Notes under the pieces: model-generated
Seen by the model: only the letters and a program-made list of their open reading frames with translations
Told to the model about the DNA's origin: nothing
Databases searched by the model: none
Assembly (NCBI GenBank): GCA_028282585.1
Contig: JANQHR010000060.1
Span: forward strand, 1-52,731
DNA: 52,731 nt
Direction of reading: 5' to 3'
Source: Bacteroidales bacterium
GTDB taxonomy: Bacteria > Bacteroidota > Bacteroidia > Bacteroidales > UBA12077
Translations under genes and position numbers: made by a program
Part shown: positions 30,976 to 41,224 of the stretch, one piece after another
Numbering within the stretch: position 1 is the first letter of the stretch
Layout of the letters: each line of letters opens with the position of its first letter

Positions 30976-31335
30976 TTATAATACCTCCGCTTTTTTATAT
31001 ACCGCATTTATTACTTCTGAATTCGATGGGGTTTCGCCTTTCTTATAGCCTAAATCTGTTATCCTTAAATGAATATAATCTTCGATATTTCTGTTTTCCA
31101 TGACTTTTCTACCACAATCAACATTGCACCCGTCAATAACCAGAATATCATTCGATTTAAATTCATTAATTTTTTCATCGCCACATACAGCAAAAAGTGC
31201 TAAGCAGCTCATTTTTCTCCTATTATTTTTAGATAAACTTCTTGCCACCTGATCTGATAATAATCCAACATCGGCAGCTCCGGAACAGGAAACTACCATT
31301 TTTTCGCCGGAACAGCAACCGCATTTGTTTTCCAT
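30976..31335 (-). CDS. DGC domain putative zinc-binding protein
   Basis: CSGAADVG, SCLA and IDGCNVDC motifs. Confidence 0.85.
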   Translation of the reverse strand: MENKCGCCSGEKMVVSCSGAADVGLLSDQVARSLSKNNRRKMSCLALFAVCGDEKINEFKSNDILVIDGCNVDCGRKVMENRNIEDYIHLRITDLGYKKGETPSNSEVINAVYKKAEVL

Positions 31336-31520
31336 AATCTGCTTTATTATTAAAAGTTATTATAATTAAACTGCATTTATAATCCTTTGATAATAGATGC
31401 AACTCTAGTAGTAAAATTACAAACAATAAATTATTAAATAAACCCTAAAATAATTCTGTTAAATTGTTAATGAATTATTTTATTGATTTTCAAAATTATA
31501 CAGTCGAATCATAATTGAAT

Positions 31521-31534
31521 ATGATATAAATCAT
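31521..31534. promoter_or_regulatory. Crp/Fnr-type palindrome upstream of the ferredoxin-hcp operon
   Basis: ATGAT-ATAA-ATCAT has the FNR-like TGAT-N4-ATCA geometry. Confidence 0.45.
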
Positions 31535-31569
31535 CAAAAAAAATTTGGTCAGTACAAAAACTATTTGTT

Positions 31570-31593
31570 ATTTTGGTAATGAAATACCATAAT
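31570..31593 (+). promoter_or_regulatory. Palindromic operator candidate upstream of the ferredoxin-hcp operon
   Basis: ATTTTGGTA-ATGAAA-TACCATAAT; similar to the site upstream of the Rrf2 gene. Confidence 0.55.
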
Positions 31594-31624
31594 TCTTATT
31601 TAAAAATAACAACAAATTATTCAT

Positions 31625-32554
31625 ATGAAAAGACAAATTATAGAAATAGATGAAGAAAAATGCACCGGATGCGGAGATTGTGTCCCTAATTGTCATGAAG
31701 GCGCGTTACAAATTATTGATGGTAAGGCAAGGTTAATAAGCGACTTGATGTGCGATGGCTTAGGAGCTTGCATAGGACATTGCCCTGAGGATGCTATCGA
31801 AATTATTGAACGTGAAGCTCAACCGTACGACGAAGTAACCGTCATTAAAGAAATGGTTAAAAAGGGCAAGAATACGGTAATAGCACACCTTACACATTTA
31901 AAAGATCATAAAGAATTTGGTTTTTTAAAACAAGGTGTTCGTTGGATGCAAGAAAATCAATCGGATATAGAATTTAAAGTAGAAGAAGTTATGGAAGCAG
32001 TGCATAATGGAAAACAGGCTGAAGAAGGTGCTTGTGGATGTGGAGGACATGAAACACAGCCAAAACATAATCATCAGGAACATGTTCATGCGGGAGGCGG
32101 GTGTCCGGGATCAATGGCAAGGGAAATCAATAAGCCTGAAGCAAATAATGTAGTTTCTGATGAAGAGATACCTTCCGAATTAAGACAATGGCCGGTTCAA
32201 ATGCATTTGATTAATCCTGCCGCGTCATATTTTCAGGAATCCGATTTATTGTTAGCTGCAGACTGTGTTGCTTTTTCTCTGGGGAATTTTCATAGTAAAT
32301 TCTTAAAAGGAAGATCATTAGGTATAGCTTGCCCAAAACTTGATGAAAATAAAGAAATATACTTAAATAAACTGGTTGCTTTGATTGATGAATCTAAAAT
32401 TAATACAATCACTGTAATGAAAATGGAAGTTCCTTGTTGCGGTGGTATTTTACAAATGGCTCAATTGGCTTTACAACAAGCAACACGTAAGGTACCTATT
32501 AAAACAATCACTGTAAGTATTTCAGGAGAAATTTTATCAGAGGACTGGATATAA
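31625..32554 (+). CDS. 4Fe-4S dicluster ferredoxin-domain protein (hcp-associated)
   Basis: CTGCGDCVPNC and CDGLGACIGHCP; C-terminal GCPGS, QWPVQ, ADC, CPKLD and MEVPCC motifs. Confidence 0.85.
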   Translation: MKRQIIEIDEEKCTGCGDCVPNCHEGALQIIDGKARLISDLMCDGLGACIGHCPEDAIEIIEREAQPYDEVTVIKEMVKKGKNTVIAHLTHLKDHKEFGFLKQGVRWMQENQSDIEFKVEEVMEAVHNGKQAEEGACGCGGHETQPKHNHQEHVHAGGGCPGSMAREINKPEANNVVSDEEIPSELRQWPVQMHLINPAASYFQESDLLLAADCVAFSLGNFHSKFLKGRSLGIACPKLDENKEIYLNKLVALIDESKINTITVMKMEVPCCGGILQMAQLALQQATRKVPIKTITVSISGEILSEDWI

Positions 32555-32669
32555 CAAAAATCTATTAGAAACATAAAATATCGTAATAAATATTGTCCTA
32601 TCAGTATTTAAATGGAGAAAATACATTCAAGTAATAAATAATCAATTATCTAATTAAAAAATCAAAATT

Positions 32670-34325
32670 ATGAGTATGTTTTGTTATCAATGTCAGGAAG
32701 CAGCAAAAGGAACAGGCTGTAGTATCAAAGGTGTATGTGGAAAAACCAATGATGTGGCTAATTTACAAGATTTGTTAATGTTCGTTTTAAAAGGTATATC
32801 TATCTATACTAAAGCAGCACGAGAAAATAAAATCGGGTACGATGAGAATATCAACAAGTTCGTTTTTGATGGGCTATTTGCAACAATTACTAATGCAAAT
32901 TTTGATAAAGATGTTTTTGTTGAAAGAGTAAAAAAAGGGTTGGAAATAAGAAATGATCTACGATCAAAATTGGAACAAGCGGGTGTAAAATTTAACGGTA
33001 GTGAACTTCACGAATCTGCTACATGGGAAGGTACTCCCGATACTTTCGAAACAAAAGCTACAACTGTTGGAATTTTAGCAACTGAAAATGAAGATGTTCG
33101 TTCTCTAAGAGAATTAATTATATATGGAGTTAAAGGATTAGCAGCATATACCGAACATGCCTATAATCTGAATCACGAAAATAAAGATTTGTATAAATTT
33201 ATGCAAGATGCACTTGTGGCAACAACTGATGATAGCTTAACCGCTGATGACTTAGTTGCTTTAACACTGGAAACCGGAAAATATGGTGTTGATGTTATGG
33301 CATTGCTTGATAAAGCTAATACAACAGCTTATGGAAATCCGGAAATTACCAAAGTTAACATCGGTGTAAGAAATAATCCCGGAATCTTAATAAGTGGACA
33401 TGATTTAAGAGATATGGAAGATCTGTTAAAGCAAACAGAAGGAACCGGAGTTGATGTTTACACACACAGTGAAATGTTACCAGCTCACTATTATCCTGCA
33501 TTTAAAAAATATGAACATTTTGTGGGAAACTATGGTAATTCCTGGTGGAAACAAAAAGAGGAATTTGAAAGTTTCAACGGACCTATTCTATTTACAACTA
33601 ACTGCTTAGTGCCTCCTGCAAAAGACGCTAAGTATAAAGATAAAGTATATACAACTGGTGCAGCAGGTTTTAATGGTTTTCCCCATATTGCTGACAGAGA
33701 AAAAGGAAGACAAAAAGATTTTTCACAAATAATTGAACATGCTAAGAAATGCACTTCGCCAACAGAAATTGAAACGGGAGAGATAGTTGGTGGTTTTGCT
33801 CACAATCAGGTTATGCAATTAGCTGATAAGGTTGTTGATGCTGTTAAATCCGGAGCAATAAAAAAATTCTTTGTGATGGCTGGCTGTGATGGAAGAATGA
33901 AGGATCGTGATTACTATTCTGAATTTGCTGATAAATTACCTCAAGATACTGTGATTTTAACAGCCGGATGTGCAAAATATCGTTACAACAAGTTAGAATT
34001 AGGCGATATTGGTGGAATTCCGAGGGTATTAGATGCAGGACAGTGTAATGATAGTTATTCGCTAGCCGTTATTGCTCTTAAACTAAAAGAGGTATTTGAA
34101 TTAAATGACATCAATGACTTGCCAATTGCATATAATATTGCCTGGTACGAACAAAAAGCTGTTATTGTATTGCTTGCACTTCTTTATTTAGGTGTAAAGA
34201 ACATTCACTTAGGGCCAACATTACCAGCTTTCCTTTCTCCAAACGTTGCTAACGTACTAGTAGAAACTTTTGGGATCGTTGGAATTACGAATGTTGAAGA
34301 CGATATTAAAATGTTTATGAATTAA
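32670..34325 (+). CDS. hcp: Hybrid cluster protein (hydroxylamine/NO reductase, prismane)
   Basis: MFCYQCQE...GC...GVCGK, SGHDL, THSEM, GCDG, GQCND and WYEQKA motifs. Confidence 0.97.
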   Translation: MSMFCYQCQEAAKGTGCSIKGVCGKTNDVANLQDLLMFVLKGISIYTKAARENKIGYDENINKFVFDGLFATITNANFDKDVFVERVKKGLEIRNDLRSKLEQAGVKFNGSELHESATWEGTPDTFETKATTVGILATENEDVRSLRELIIYGVKGLAAYTEHAYNLNHENKDLYKFMQDALVATTDDSLTADDLVALTLETGKYGVDVMALLDKANTTAYGNPEITKVNIGVRNNPGILISGHDLRDMEDLLKQTEGTGVDVYTHSEMLPAHYYPAFKKYEHFVGNYGNSWWKQKEEFESFNGPILFTTNCLVPPAKDAKYKDKVYTTGAAGFNGFPHIADREKGRQKDFSQIIEHAKKCTSPTEIETGEIVGGFAHNQVMQLADKVVDAVKSGAIKKFFVMAGCDGRMKDRDYYSEFADKLPQDTVILTAGCAKYRYNKLELGDIGGIPRVLDAGQCNDSYSLAVIALKLKEVFELNDINDLPIAYNIAWYEQKAVIVLLALLYLGVKNIHLGPTLPAFLSPNVANVLVETFGIVGITNVEDDIKMFMN

Positions 34326-34368
34326 GATTTGCCTTTTCAAATAATTATATTTTTATTTGAACAATTGT

Positions 34369-34405
34369 AAACCTGATAGGTTATGTAAAAACTTATCAGG
34401 TTTTT
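34369..34405 (+). terminator. Intrinsic terminator after hcp
   Basis: AAACCTGATAGG...CTTATCAGGTTTTT hairpin. Confidence 0.7.
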
Positions 34406-34481
34406 ATAGAGTATTCATTATTAATTCTTTTAAAAGAATGCTTTAAAATCTTATATTCATAATAACATTAAATAATACAGC

Positions 34482-34805
34482 ATGCATCCCAGGGTACAAA
34501 GAGAAAAAAAGATTGTTGGGTTAATGGTTAATAAATACTGTGAAGAAATTCATAATAACTCCTCCCTTTGTAAAGATTGCAACGATCTTCTTGAGTATAC
34601 AGAAAAAAGGCTATTATCTTGCCCTTATATCAAGAATAAACCGGTTTGTTCTAAGTGCGATATTCATTGCTATAATAAAAAGCAAAAGGATAGGATAAAA
34701 GAAGTTATGCAAACCATAGGGCCTAAAATGATTTACACGAATACCCTGGATACCTTATGGTACTTTTATTATAAATTCATTCACAAACATCAAAAAATAA
34801 CATGA
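34482..34805 (+). CDS. YgbA family (nitrous oxide-stimulated promoter) protein
   Basis: REKK...YC...LCKDC...CP...KPVCSKCDIHCY...GPKM pattern. Confidence 0.88.
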   Translation: MHPRVQREKKIVGLMVNKYCEEIHNNSSLCKDCNDLLEYTEKRLLSCPYIKNKPVCSKCDIHCYNKKQKDRIKEVMQTIGPKMIYTNTLDTLWYFYYKFIHKHQKIT

Positions 34806-35104
34806 TTCGAAGCCTGGAAAATTCTCCTAAAGTTCCTTTTGATTTAGAAGCTTATATTTTACATTCCGAAAAACAAATTGAACTGGTTCACTTACTCTTG
34901 AAACCACAAGAAAGCCTTGATGAACATAAGAATCCTTTTGATGTAATCTTTTTTGTAGCAGAAGGAGAAGGGATACTTTCAATTGAAGGAGAGAAATATT
35001 CTTTGAAAACAAATGACGTTATAAAAGTAACTTCTGATAAAAACCGAGGATGGAAAAATATTTCCAATAATGACTTAAGACTTCTTGTTATAAAACTTCT
35101 ATAG
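34802..35104 (+). CDS. Cupin domain protein
   Basis: H-x-NPFDVIFFVAEGEG cupin motif; ATGA overlap with the YgbA gene. Confidence 0.8.
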   Translation: MIRSLENSPKVPFDLEAYILHSEKQIELVHLLLKPQESLDEHKNPFDVIFFVAEGEGILSIEGEKYSLKTNDVIKVTSDKNRGWKNISNNDLRLLVIKLL

Positions 35105-35162
35105 ATTGATTTTTTTAATCGGGAACATTCTTTTATATTTCGAAAAAATAAAATAGAATCCC

Positions 35163-36080
35163 ATGTATAAAATCATTGCAAAACTACTAGTAATTACAAT
35201 ATTGCTTGGCTTATTTGCTTGCCAACAGAAGAAGAGCCAATTTAATGAAGATAAGTATATTGCTTCAATACAGGATTGGAAACAAAATAGACTTGAACGA
35301 TTAAAATCAGAAAATGGATGGTTAAATCTGGTTGGTTTATATTGGTTAAAAGAGGGACAAAATCCTTATGGTAGTAATGAAGCTAATAATATAGTTTTTC
35401 CTAAAAATGCTCCTGAATTTATTGGTACGATTATTCTTTATAAAGGACATATAAGTGCTCAAATTAATGAAGATGTAGATATCTTTATTAACGATTCACT
35501 ATTAAAAGAATATAATATAAATACTGATATAGATGGTAATACAACCATATTTAGAATTGGATCGTTAAGATGGTATATAATAAAAAGGGGAGACAGGTTT
35601 GGCATAAGATTACGTGATGTTGAAAGTCCTTTAGTTGAAAAACTAACTGAAATTCTCTCATTCCCTATTGATCCTAAATGGAGAATTGAGGCGAAATATG
35701 AAAAGTTCAAAACACCTAAAGAAATTGCAATCCCTAACGTGTTGGGAGATATTGAATATGAGAAATGTTTTGGACTACTAAAGTTTAAAATTGACGAAAA
35801 GGAATATGAAGTAATGCCTCTTGGAAATGGCGATAAAGAAAATCTATTTGTAATTTTTGCAGATGAAACCAGCGCTGAGGAAACGTATGGAGCAGGGAGG
35901 TTCTTATCAGTAGAAAAACCTGATGAGAATGGAAAAACCTATATTGATTTCAATAAAGCAACAAATCCTCCTTGTGCGTTTACCGAATTTGCAACATGTC
36001 CACTTCCGCCAAAGGAAAATATATTAGCTGTTAGAGTATTGGCTGGGGAAAAGATTAATGAGCATTTTGGGCATCATTAA
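35163..36080 (+). CDS. DUF1684 domain lipoprotein
   Basis: LFAC lipobox; GWLNLVGL, ETYGAGRFL and DFNKATNPPCAFTEFATCPLPP motifs. Confidence 0.88.
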   Translation: MYKIIAKLLVITILLGLFACQQKKSQFNEDKYIASIQDWKQNRLERLKSENGWLNLVGLYWLKEGQNPYGSNEANNIVFPKNAPEFIGTIILYKGHISAQINEDVDIFINDSLLKEYNINTDIDGNTTIFRIGSLRWYIIKRGDRFGIRLRDVESPLVEKLTEILSFPIDPKWRIEAKYEKFKTPKEIAIPNVLGDIEYEKCFGLLKFKIDEKEYEVMPLGNGDKENLFVIFADETSAEETYGAGRFLSVEKPDENGKTYIDFNKATNPPCAFTEFATCPLPPKENILAVRVLAGEKINEHFGHH

Positions 36081-36427
36081 TCTCGTAATTTAGTTAATTA
36101 TACTCCTTTTTTGTTATGATAGAAAAAGGGCAAAAGATCCAGACAAAATATTGTCTGTCAGGAGGCAGGAATTCTTCAATCAGCCTTATAAGAAATCAGA
36201 ACTTTAAATTAAAATAGGCAAACCCTTTTTGAAAAAATCTAAAATTTCCTTTATGCACTCATTCACATAGCCTTTAATTCTGCTTTTTCTTCAAGCTTAA
36301 GTAAGTTCATTCAATTTGCTTCATCCGCATTTCACAAGTTTGTATAAAAATCAAAGAAAACCTGTGTAATATGTTTTAAGTAGCCTTCGATCTCAAATTA
36401 AATTCTTTACTAAAAAGATTGACAACT

Positions 36428-36460
36428 AAAAAATCCCAAACAAAAAACGTTTGGGATTTT
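36428..36460. terminator. Bidirectional-type terminator downstream of the saccharopine dehydrogenase-like gene
   Basis: AAAATCCCAAAC-7 nt-GTTTGGGATTTT. Confidence 0.75.
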
Positions 36461-36479
36461 CTATTATATCAATTTTAAT

Positions 36480-37604
36480 TTATTCTTCTGTAACCTTATA
36501 CTGAACTCCTCTTTTTGTTAAATAATTTAGTATAAATTCGAAATTGTTTTTGTCAATACCAATATATTCTGGAGGACAAATACCTTTATTGTTTATTTTA
36601 CCATTAGCAAATAAATTAACAATAGCGGTACAGGTATAGCCCGTTGTTCTTGCCATCGAAGTTGTCTTCATCTGCTTATCGTATTTGTCAAAAAGATCAT
36701 AAGTATATTTTTTATCCGCTCCGTTTTCTTTTCCTTTAACGATTACCCGAAGCATTGTAAAATCTTCTTCTTCTTTTTTCAGTTCCCAAACAGGAAATAA
36801 TAATTTAGCAGTAACATCAAATGGTCTCACTTGTTCTCCATTTACCAAAAGAGGATCTCTTGAGAAAAATCCGGTTTCACGTAAAACTTTAATATAATTA
36901 ACTGTACCTGGATATCGTAAAGTTTTCTCGATCATATTTGGAACCTTCATGGTTTTTATTAAAGTTCTTAAACCATCAGTGTTCCAGCCTTCTAGCGAGC
37001 CAATAGGTTCAAAATGATCTATTTCGGCTTCTGTTAATGCTTCACGAACAACCAGCTCTCCATTTAACATATATCTTGCAGGGCGTATATATTCTTCCAA
37101 GACATCCATTGGTGAGAATACAGCCTTATATTCATATGGCCATTCGCGTTTAAATGGTAAACCTCCACCATAACATTTATAACTTGAAACTTTCATCTGT
37201 TCGTTATGGTAGCCTAATATAATATGCCCCATTCCGGGAGCTACACCAGCATCTATAATTGCGGTAACATTATTTTCTTTTGCAAGCTCATCTAATTCAA
37301 ATGGATCTTCTCTAAAAAAGGAAATATCTATAATATCTTTTCCTGCTAAGATAGATTGTTTTACAGTATTAAAGCCCATATAACCTGGCAAACAGCCTAT
37401 AACTAAATCATAATCTTTTATTATACTTTGAACTTCTCCTTCTTCGGAAAGATCCGTTAAAATTGTTTTTATTTCAGGATGTTCGCCCATCTTTTCCAAA
37501 TTGGTATGATTAACATCGGCAGTTGTTACATCAAAGGACTTTGAAAGGTCGATGGCAATTGCTTTACCAACAAGTCCAGCTCCTAAAACGACAATTTTTT
37601 TCAT
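36480..37604 (-). CDS. Saccharopine dehydrogenase / lysine 6-dehydrogenase-like protein
   Basis: LGAGLVG, DAGVAPG, GGLP, TLRYPG and SMARTTGY motifs. Confidence 0.85.
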   Translation of the reverse strand: MKKIVVLGAGLVGKAIAIDLSKSFDVTTADVNHTNLEKMGEHPEIKTILTDLSEEGEVQSIIKDYDLVIGCLPGYMGFNTVKQSILAGKDIIDISFFREDPFELDELAKENNVTAIIDAGVAPGMGHIILGYHNEQMKVSSYKCYGGGLPFKREWPYEYKAVFSPMDVLEEYIRPARYMLNGELVVREALTEAEIDHFEPIGSLEGWNTDGLRTLIKTMKVPNMIEKTLRYPGTVNYIKVLRETGFFSRDPLLVNGEQVRPFDVTAKLLFPVWELKKEEEDFTMLRVIVKGKENGADKKYTYDLFDKYDKQMKTTSMARTTGYTCTAIVNLFANGKINNKGICPPEYIGIDKNNFEFILNYLTKRGVQYKVTEE

Positions 37605-37616
37605 GGCAGGTGGTTA

Positions 37617-38240
37617 TTATTTATATGTAAAATTATAAAACTTTTCAATATCAACTTTACTAACCTGCTCAACAACAGTAGTAATTCTTATATCTTTTAA
37701 TGGTATATCTTTGCTTGAAGTTGGTTGGCCGGCAATTGAATCAATTACCTCAAACCCCGACATTACTTGCCCGAATACGGTATATTTCCCATCTAAATGA
37801 TGAGCACCCTTATAGTTTTGCACAATATAAAATTGTGTGCTGTTCGATTTTCGTTCCGGATTAACATCATCACCTCTTCTTGGTGCACCAATGGCTCCAC
37901 GAACATTTAAATGGTGAGGTAGTATCTCTGCTTTAATTGGTGGCTGTATCACTCTCGGATCATAAGTGATAGGTTGATTTCTTGTTTTATAATCACCGGA
38001 CTGAATCATAAATCGATTAATTACACGATGAAAAGTAATATGGTCATATACTCCTGCTTTTACAAGTTTTATAAAATTTTCTTTATGCAGGGGAGTATCA
38101 TCGAATAAAATTAGTTTGATTTTTCCAAATTCAGTATTAATTGTAATTAAATGTTCGATATGCTCTTCTTCCTTTTGTGAAAAAGAAGTAAATGCAAGAA
38201 ACAAACTAAGTAGTATTAATATGATTTTTTTGCGATTCAT
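37617..38240 (-). CDS. Cyclophilin-type peptidyl-prolyl isomerase (exported)
   Basis: Signal peptide; TPLHKENF, FHRVINRFMIQ, QFYIV and HLDGKYTVFG motifs. Confidence 0.9.
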   Translation of the reverse strand: MNRKKIILILLSLFLAFTSFSQKEEEHIEHLITINTEFGKIKLILFDDTPLHKENFIKLVKAGVYDHITFHRVINRFMIQSGDYKTRNQPITYDPRVIQPPIKAEILPHHLNVRGAIGAPRRGDDVNPERKSNSTQFYIVQNYKGAHHLDGKYTVFGQVMSGFEVIDSIAGQPTSSKDIPLKDIRITTVVEQVSKVDIEKFYNFTYK

Positions 38241-38243
38241 ACG

Positions 38244-39770
38244 TTATCCTAATATCATGCCAATTATAGTTGCTGATAATAAAGAAGCAAGGGTTCCACC
38301 AACTAATGCGCGCATTCCTTGTTTTGAAAGAAATCCACGTTTGTTTGGAGCAAGTCCGCCAATACCTCCAATTTGGATTCCGATGGATGCAAAATTCGCA
38401 AAACCACAAAGCATATACGTTGCCATTATAATTGATTTATATTCGGTAAAACTTCCGTAAACTGCATTTCCTGTTGTTTTCAGATTTGCTAAACTTGTGT
38501 ATCCGACAAATTCACTTGCGATTAATTTTTCGCCCAATAATCTTCCTACCAGTGTCATATCTTCTTTGCAAACGCCAATAACCCACATTAGTGGTGCAAA
38601 TAGATATCCTAGAATAAACTCTAATGAAAGCTTTTCATATTGGCCGCTTGTTGCATTAGCAATTACTTCGTTTAAGTGTACCCATGATCCGACCTTTGTA
38701 AAAACAAAATTGATCATGGCAATAAATGCAAAGAAAACTAAAAGCATGGCACCAACATTGGCTGCCAGTTTTAAACCTTCAATCGTTCCATTCGACAGTG
38801 CATCTAAGAAATTAGAGCCAATATTTTCCATTTTTACTTCAGCCTGTTCCTGAATTTTCTCTGTTTGTGGCATTAATATTTTAGAGATTATTACGGCACC
38901 CGGAGCAGCCATTACTGATGCGGTTAACAAATGTTTTGCAAATAAAATTCTTTGAGCAGGATCGTCCCCCCCTAAAAATCCAATATATGCTGCTAATACT
39001 CCTCCGGCAACTGTTGCCATACCACCAATCATAACCAAGAGCATTTCAGAATTATTCATTTTTGGTAGATATGCTTTAATCATTAAAGGAGATTCTGTTT
39101 GACCTAGAAAGATATTTCCTGCAACAGATAAGCTTTCTGCACCTGATAACTTCATTGCTTTAACCATTACCCATGCAAATCCCCGGACAACAATTTGAAT
39201 TACTCCCCAATAAAATAAAACGCTGGTTAGTGCTGAAAAGAATATAATAGTTGGGAGAATCTGAAATGCAAAAATTAATCCCATGGAATCAATATTCATT
39301 AAGGACCCAAATAAGAACTCACTTCCAATTTTTGTAAAATCCAATACTTTAACAAATAGTTTACCTACAAATTCGAAAAAATAAGCTACGAAAGGAACAT
39401 ATAATATACTAATTGCAAGAATTAGCTGAATTGCTAATCCTTTAACTACAACGATCCAATCAACTTTTTTCTTATTGGCACTAAACAACCAGGCTATCAT
39501 AATTAAAACGATCATTCCAAATAACCCTCTGATAATAGTTATAATGCTAAATCCCGACTTATTATTTTTAGTTAGTAATACGTTTGATTTTACAGAATCA
39601 GGTGCTTTTTCAATGGTTTCTTTAACTGTTTCAGGTTTGAAAATAGAATCAACTTGTTCTGCTATAACATCTTCTGTATCCGTATTTTTTTGAGCATTTA
39701 CATTCGTTTTTGATATAATAACTCCTGCAATTACTATCACAAGAGAAAAGAGTACCAGTAATTTCTTCAT
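38244..39770 (-). CDS. NupC/CNT family Na+-dependent nucleoside transporter
   Basis: LPTIIFFSAL, NIFLGQTESPL, SEFVGY and LCGFANFASIGIQIGG motifs. Confidence 0.92.
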   Translation of the reverse strand: MKKLLVLFSLVIVIAGVIISKTNVNAQKNTDTEDVIAEQVDSIFKPETVKETIEKAPDSVKSNVLLTKNNKSGFSIITIIRGLFGMIVLIMIAWLFSANKKKVDWIVVVKGLAIQLILAISILYVPFVAYFFEFVGKLFVKVLDFTKIGSEFLFGSLMNIDSMGLIFAFQILPTIIFFSALTSVLFYWGVIQIVVRGFAWVMVKAMKLSGAESLSVAGNIFLGQTESPLMIKAYLPKMNNSEMLLVMIGGMATVAGGVLAAYIGFLGGDDPAQRILFAKHLLTASVMAAPGAVIISKILMPQTEKIQEQAEVKMENIGSNFLDALSNGTIEGLKLAANVGAMLLVFFAFIAMINFVFTKVGSWVHLNEVIANATSGQYEKLSLEFILGYLFAPLMWVIGVCKEDMTLVGRLLGEKLIASEFVGYTSLANLKTTGNAVYGSFTEYKSIIMATYMLCGFANFASIGIQIGGIGGLAPNKRGFLSKQGMRALVGGTLASLLSATIIGMILG

Positions 39771-39792
39771 AATTTTATGTAATCATCCTATT

Positions 39793-40401
39793 TTATTGTG
39801 ATTGTCTTCGATTTATCTCCTCCTGGATAATGGAAGCTTTTTCGTATTCTTCATTTTTAATAGCCTCATCTAAAAGTTCTTTTAGGCCATTTACATCCAT
39901 ATCTTTGTATTTATTTACCTCTGAAGTTGTTGTTTTTTTCTTTTCTGTGGTTGGTTGTTTTTTTACCGATTTATTTTCGCTTCTTTCTTGTATATCAATC
40001 ACAATACCTGATTTCTGCAAAATGTCTTCAGTTGTGTAAATTGGGCATTTAAATCGAAGAGCTAAAGCGATTGCATCTGAAGTTCTGGCATCAATTGCCA
40101 AATCTTTACCCCCGTTATTACAAATTAGCTTTGAGTAAAATACACCTTCCTCTAGCCTGTAAATATTTACTTCAACAATATTGATCCCAAATGACATAGC
40201 AAAATTCAGAAATAAATCATGTGTTAATGGTCGAGGAGGTTTTAACCCTTCCAGTTGAATAGCTATTGCTTGTGCTTCAAATCCTCCAATAATAATTGGA
40301 ATTCGACGTTCTCCATGTTCTTCAGTAAGAACCAAAGCATAAGCTCCGGTTTGAGTCTGACTATAAGATATTCCTAAAACATTTAACTTTATTTTACTCA
40401 T
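39793..40401 (-). CDS. Bifunctional nuclease (DUF151) with a C-terminal UVR domain
   Basis: IPIIIGGFEAQAI, RPLTHDL, DARTSDAIALA and EEYEKASIIQEEI motifs. Confidence 0.9.
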   Translation of the reverse strand: MSKIKLNVLGISYSQTQTGAYALVLTEEHGERRIPIIIGGFEAQAIAIQLEGLKPPRPLTHDLFLNFAMSFGINIVEVNIYRLEEGVFYSKLICNNGGKDLAIDARTSDAIALALRFKCPIYTTEDILQKSGIVIDIQERSENKSVKKQPTTEKKKTTTSEVNKYKDMDVNGLKELLDEAIKNEEYEKASIIQEEINRRQSQ

Positions 40402-40643
40402 AAAACCAGCAGCTTAATCATTCTTTTCAAGAGTATAAAGGGTTGATTTTAATTTCCCATTCTATACTTTAATAAAAGCAAGTTTAACAATTTATTTATT
40501 CAAAAAAAAACCATAGATGTAATTTCACCCATATATATTTTGAAATTGCATGTGTTTAATAACTTATAAATTGAATAATATAAAATGCTTTGTTAAAAAT
40601 TTCTATATATTTATCTTAGCAAATCTCGTAAATAGTAAAATAG

Positions 40644-41210
40644 ATGAGCAGTATAAAAAATGACTTTCTGGAAGCGCAAAAGATATTAAATGAATTTATT
40701 TCTAATGAAAAAAACTTAGACAATATAAAATCTGCAGGTGATATAATTTTAGAATCTTTGAGAACAGGGAATAAAGTGATTTCATGTGGCAACGGAGGTT
40801 CAATGAGTGATGCAATGCATTTTGCGGAAGAATTAACCGGCCGATTTAGAGATAACCGCCCGGCGATCGCTGCTTTAGCGATTTCGGACCCAACACATAT
40901 TTCATGCACAGCCAATGATTACGGATATGATTTTATTTTTTCAAGATATATTGAGGCTGTCGGGCAGGCGGGTGATGTACTATTTGCCATAAGTACGAGT
41001 GGAAATTCTAAAAATGTTTTAGAAGCCTGTAAGATGGCTCGCGTAAAAGGAATTAAAATTGTGGCCCTAACAGGAAAAAGCGGAGGCAAATTAGCTGATG
41101 AATGCGATGTTGAAATAAGAGCTCCAAAATCTGATTATGCTGACAGAGCCCAGGAAATTCATATAAAAATTATCCATTCGTTGATTCATTATATAGAAGA
41201 AAACCTTTAG
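40644..41210 (+). CDS. gmhA: D-sedoheptulose 7-phosphate isomerase
   Basis: CGNGGS, HFAEEL, NDYG, ISTSGNS and QEIH motifs. Confidence 0.92.
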   Translation: MSSIKNDFLEAQKILNEFISNEKNLDNIKSAGDIILESLRTGNKVISCGNGGSMSDAMHFAEELTGRFRDNRPAIAALAISDPTHISCTANDYGYDFIFSRYIEAVGQAGDVLFAISTSGNSKNVLEACKMARVKGIKIVALTGKSGGKLADECDVEIRAPKSDYADRAQEIHIKIIHSLIHYIEENL

Positions 41211-41224
41211 AAAATCTCTCCTTT

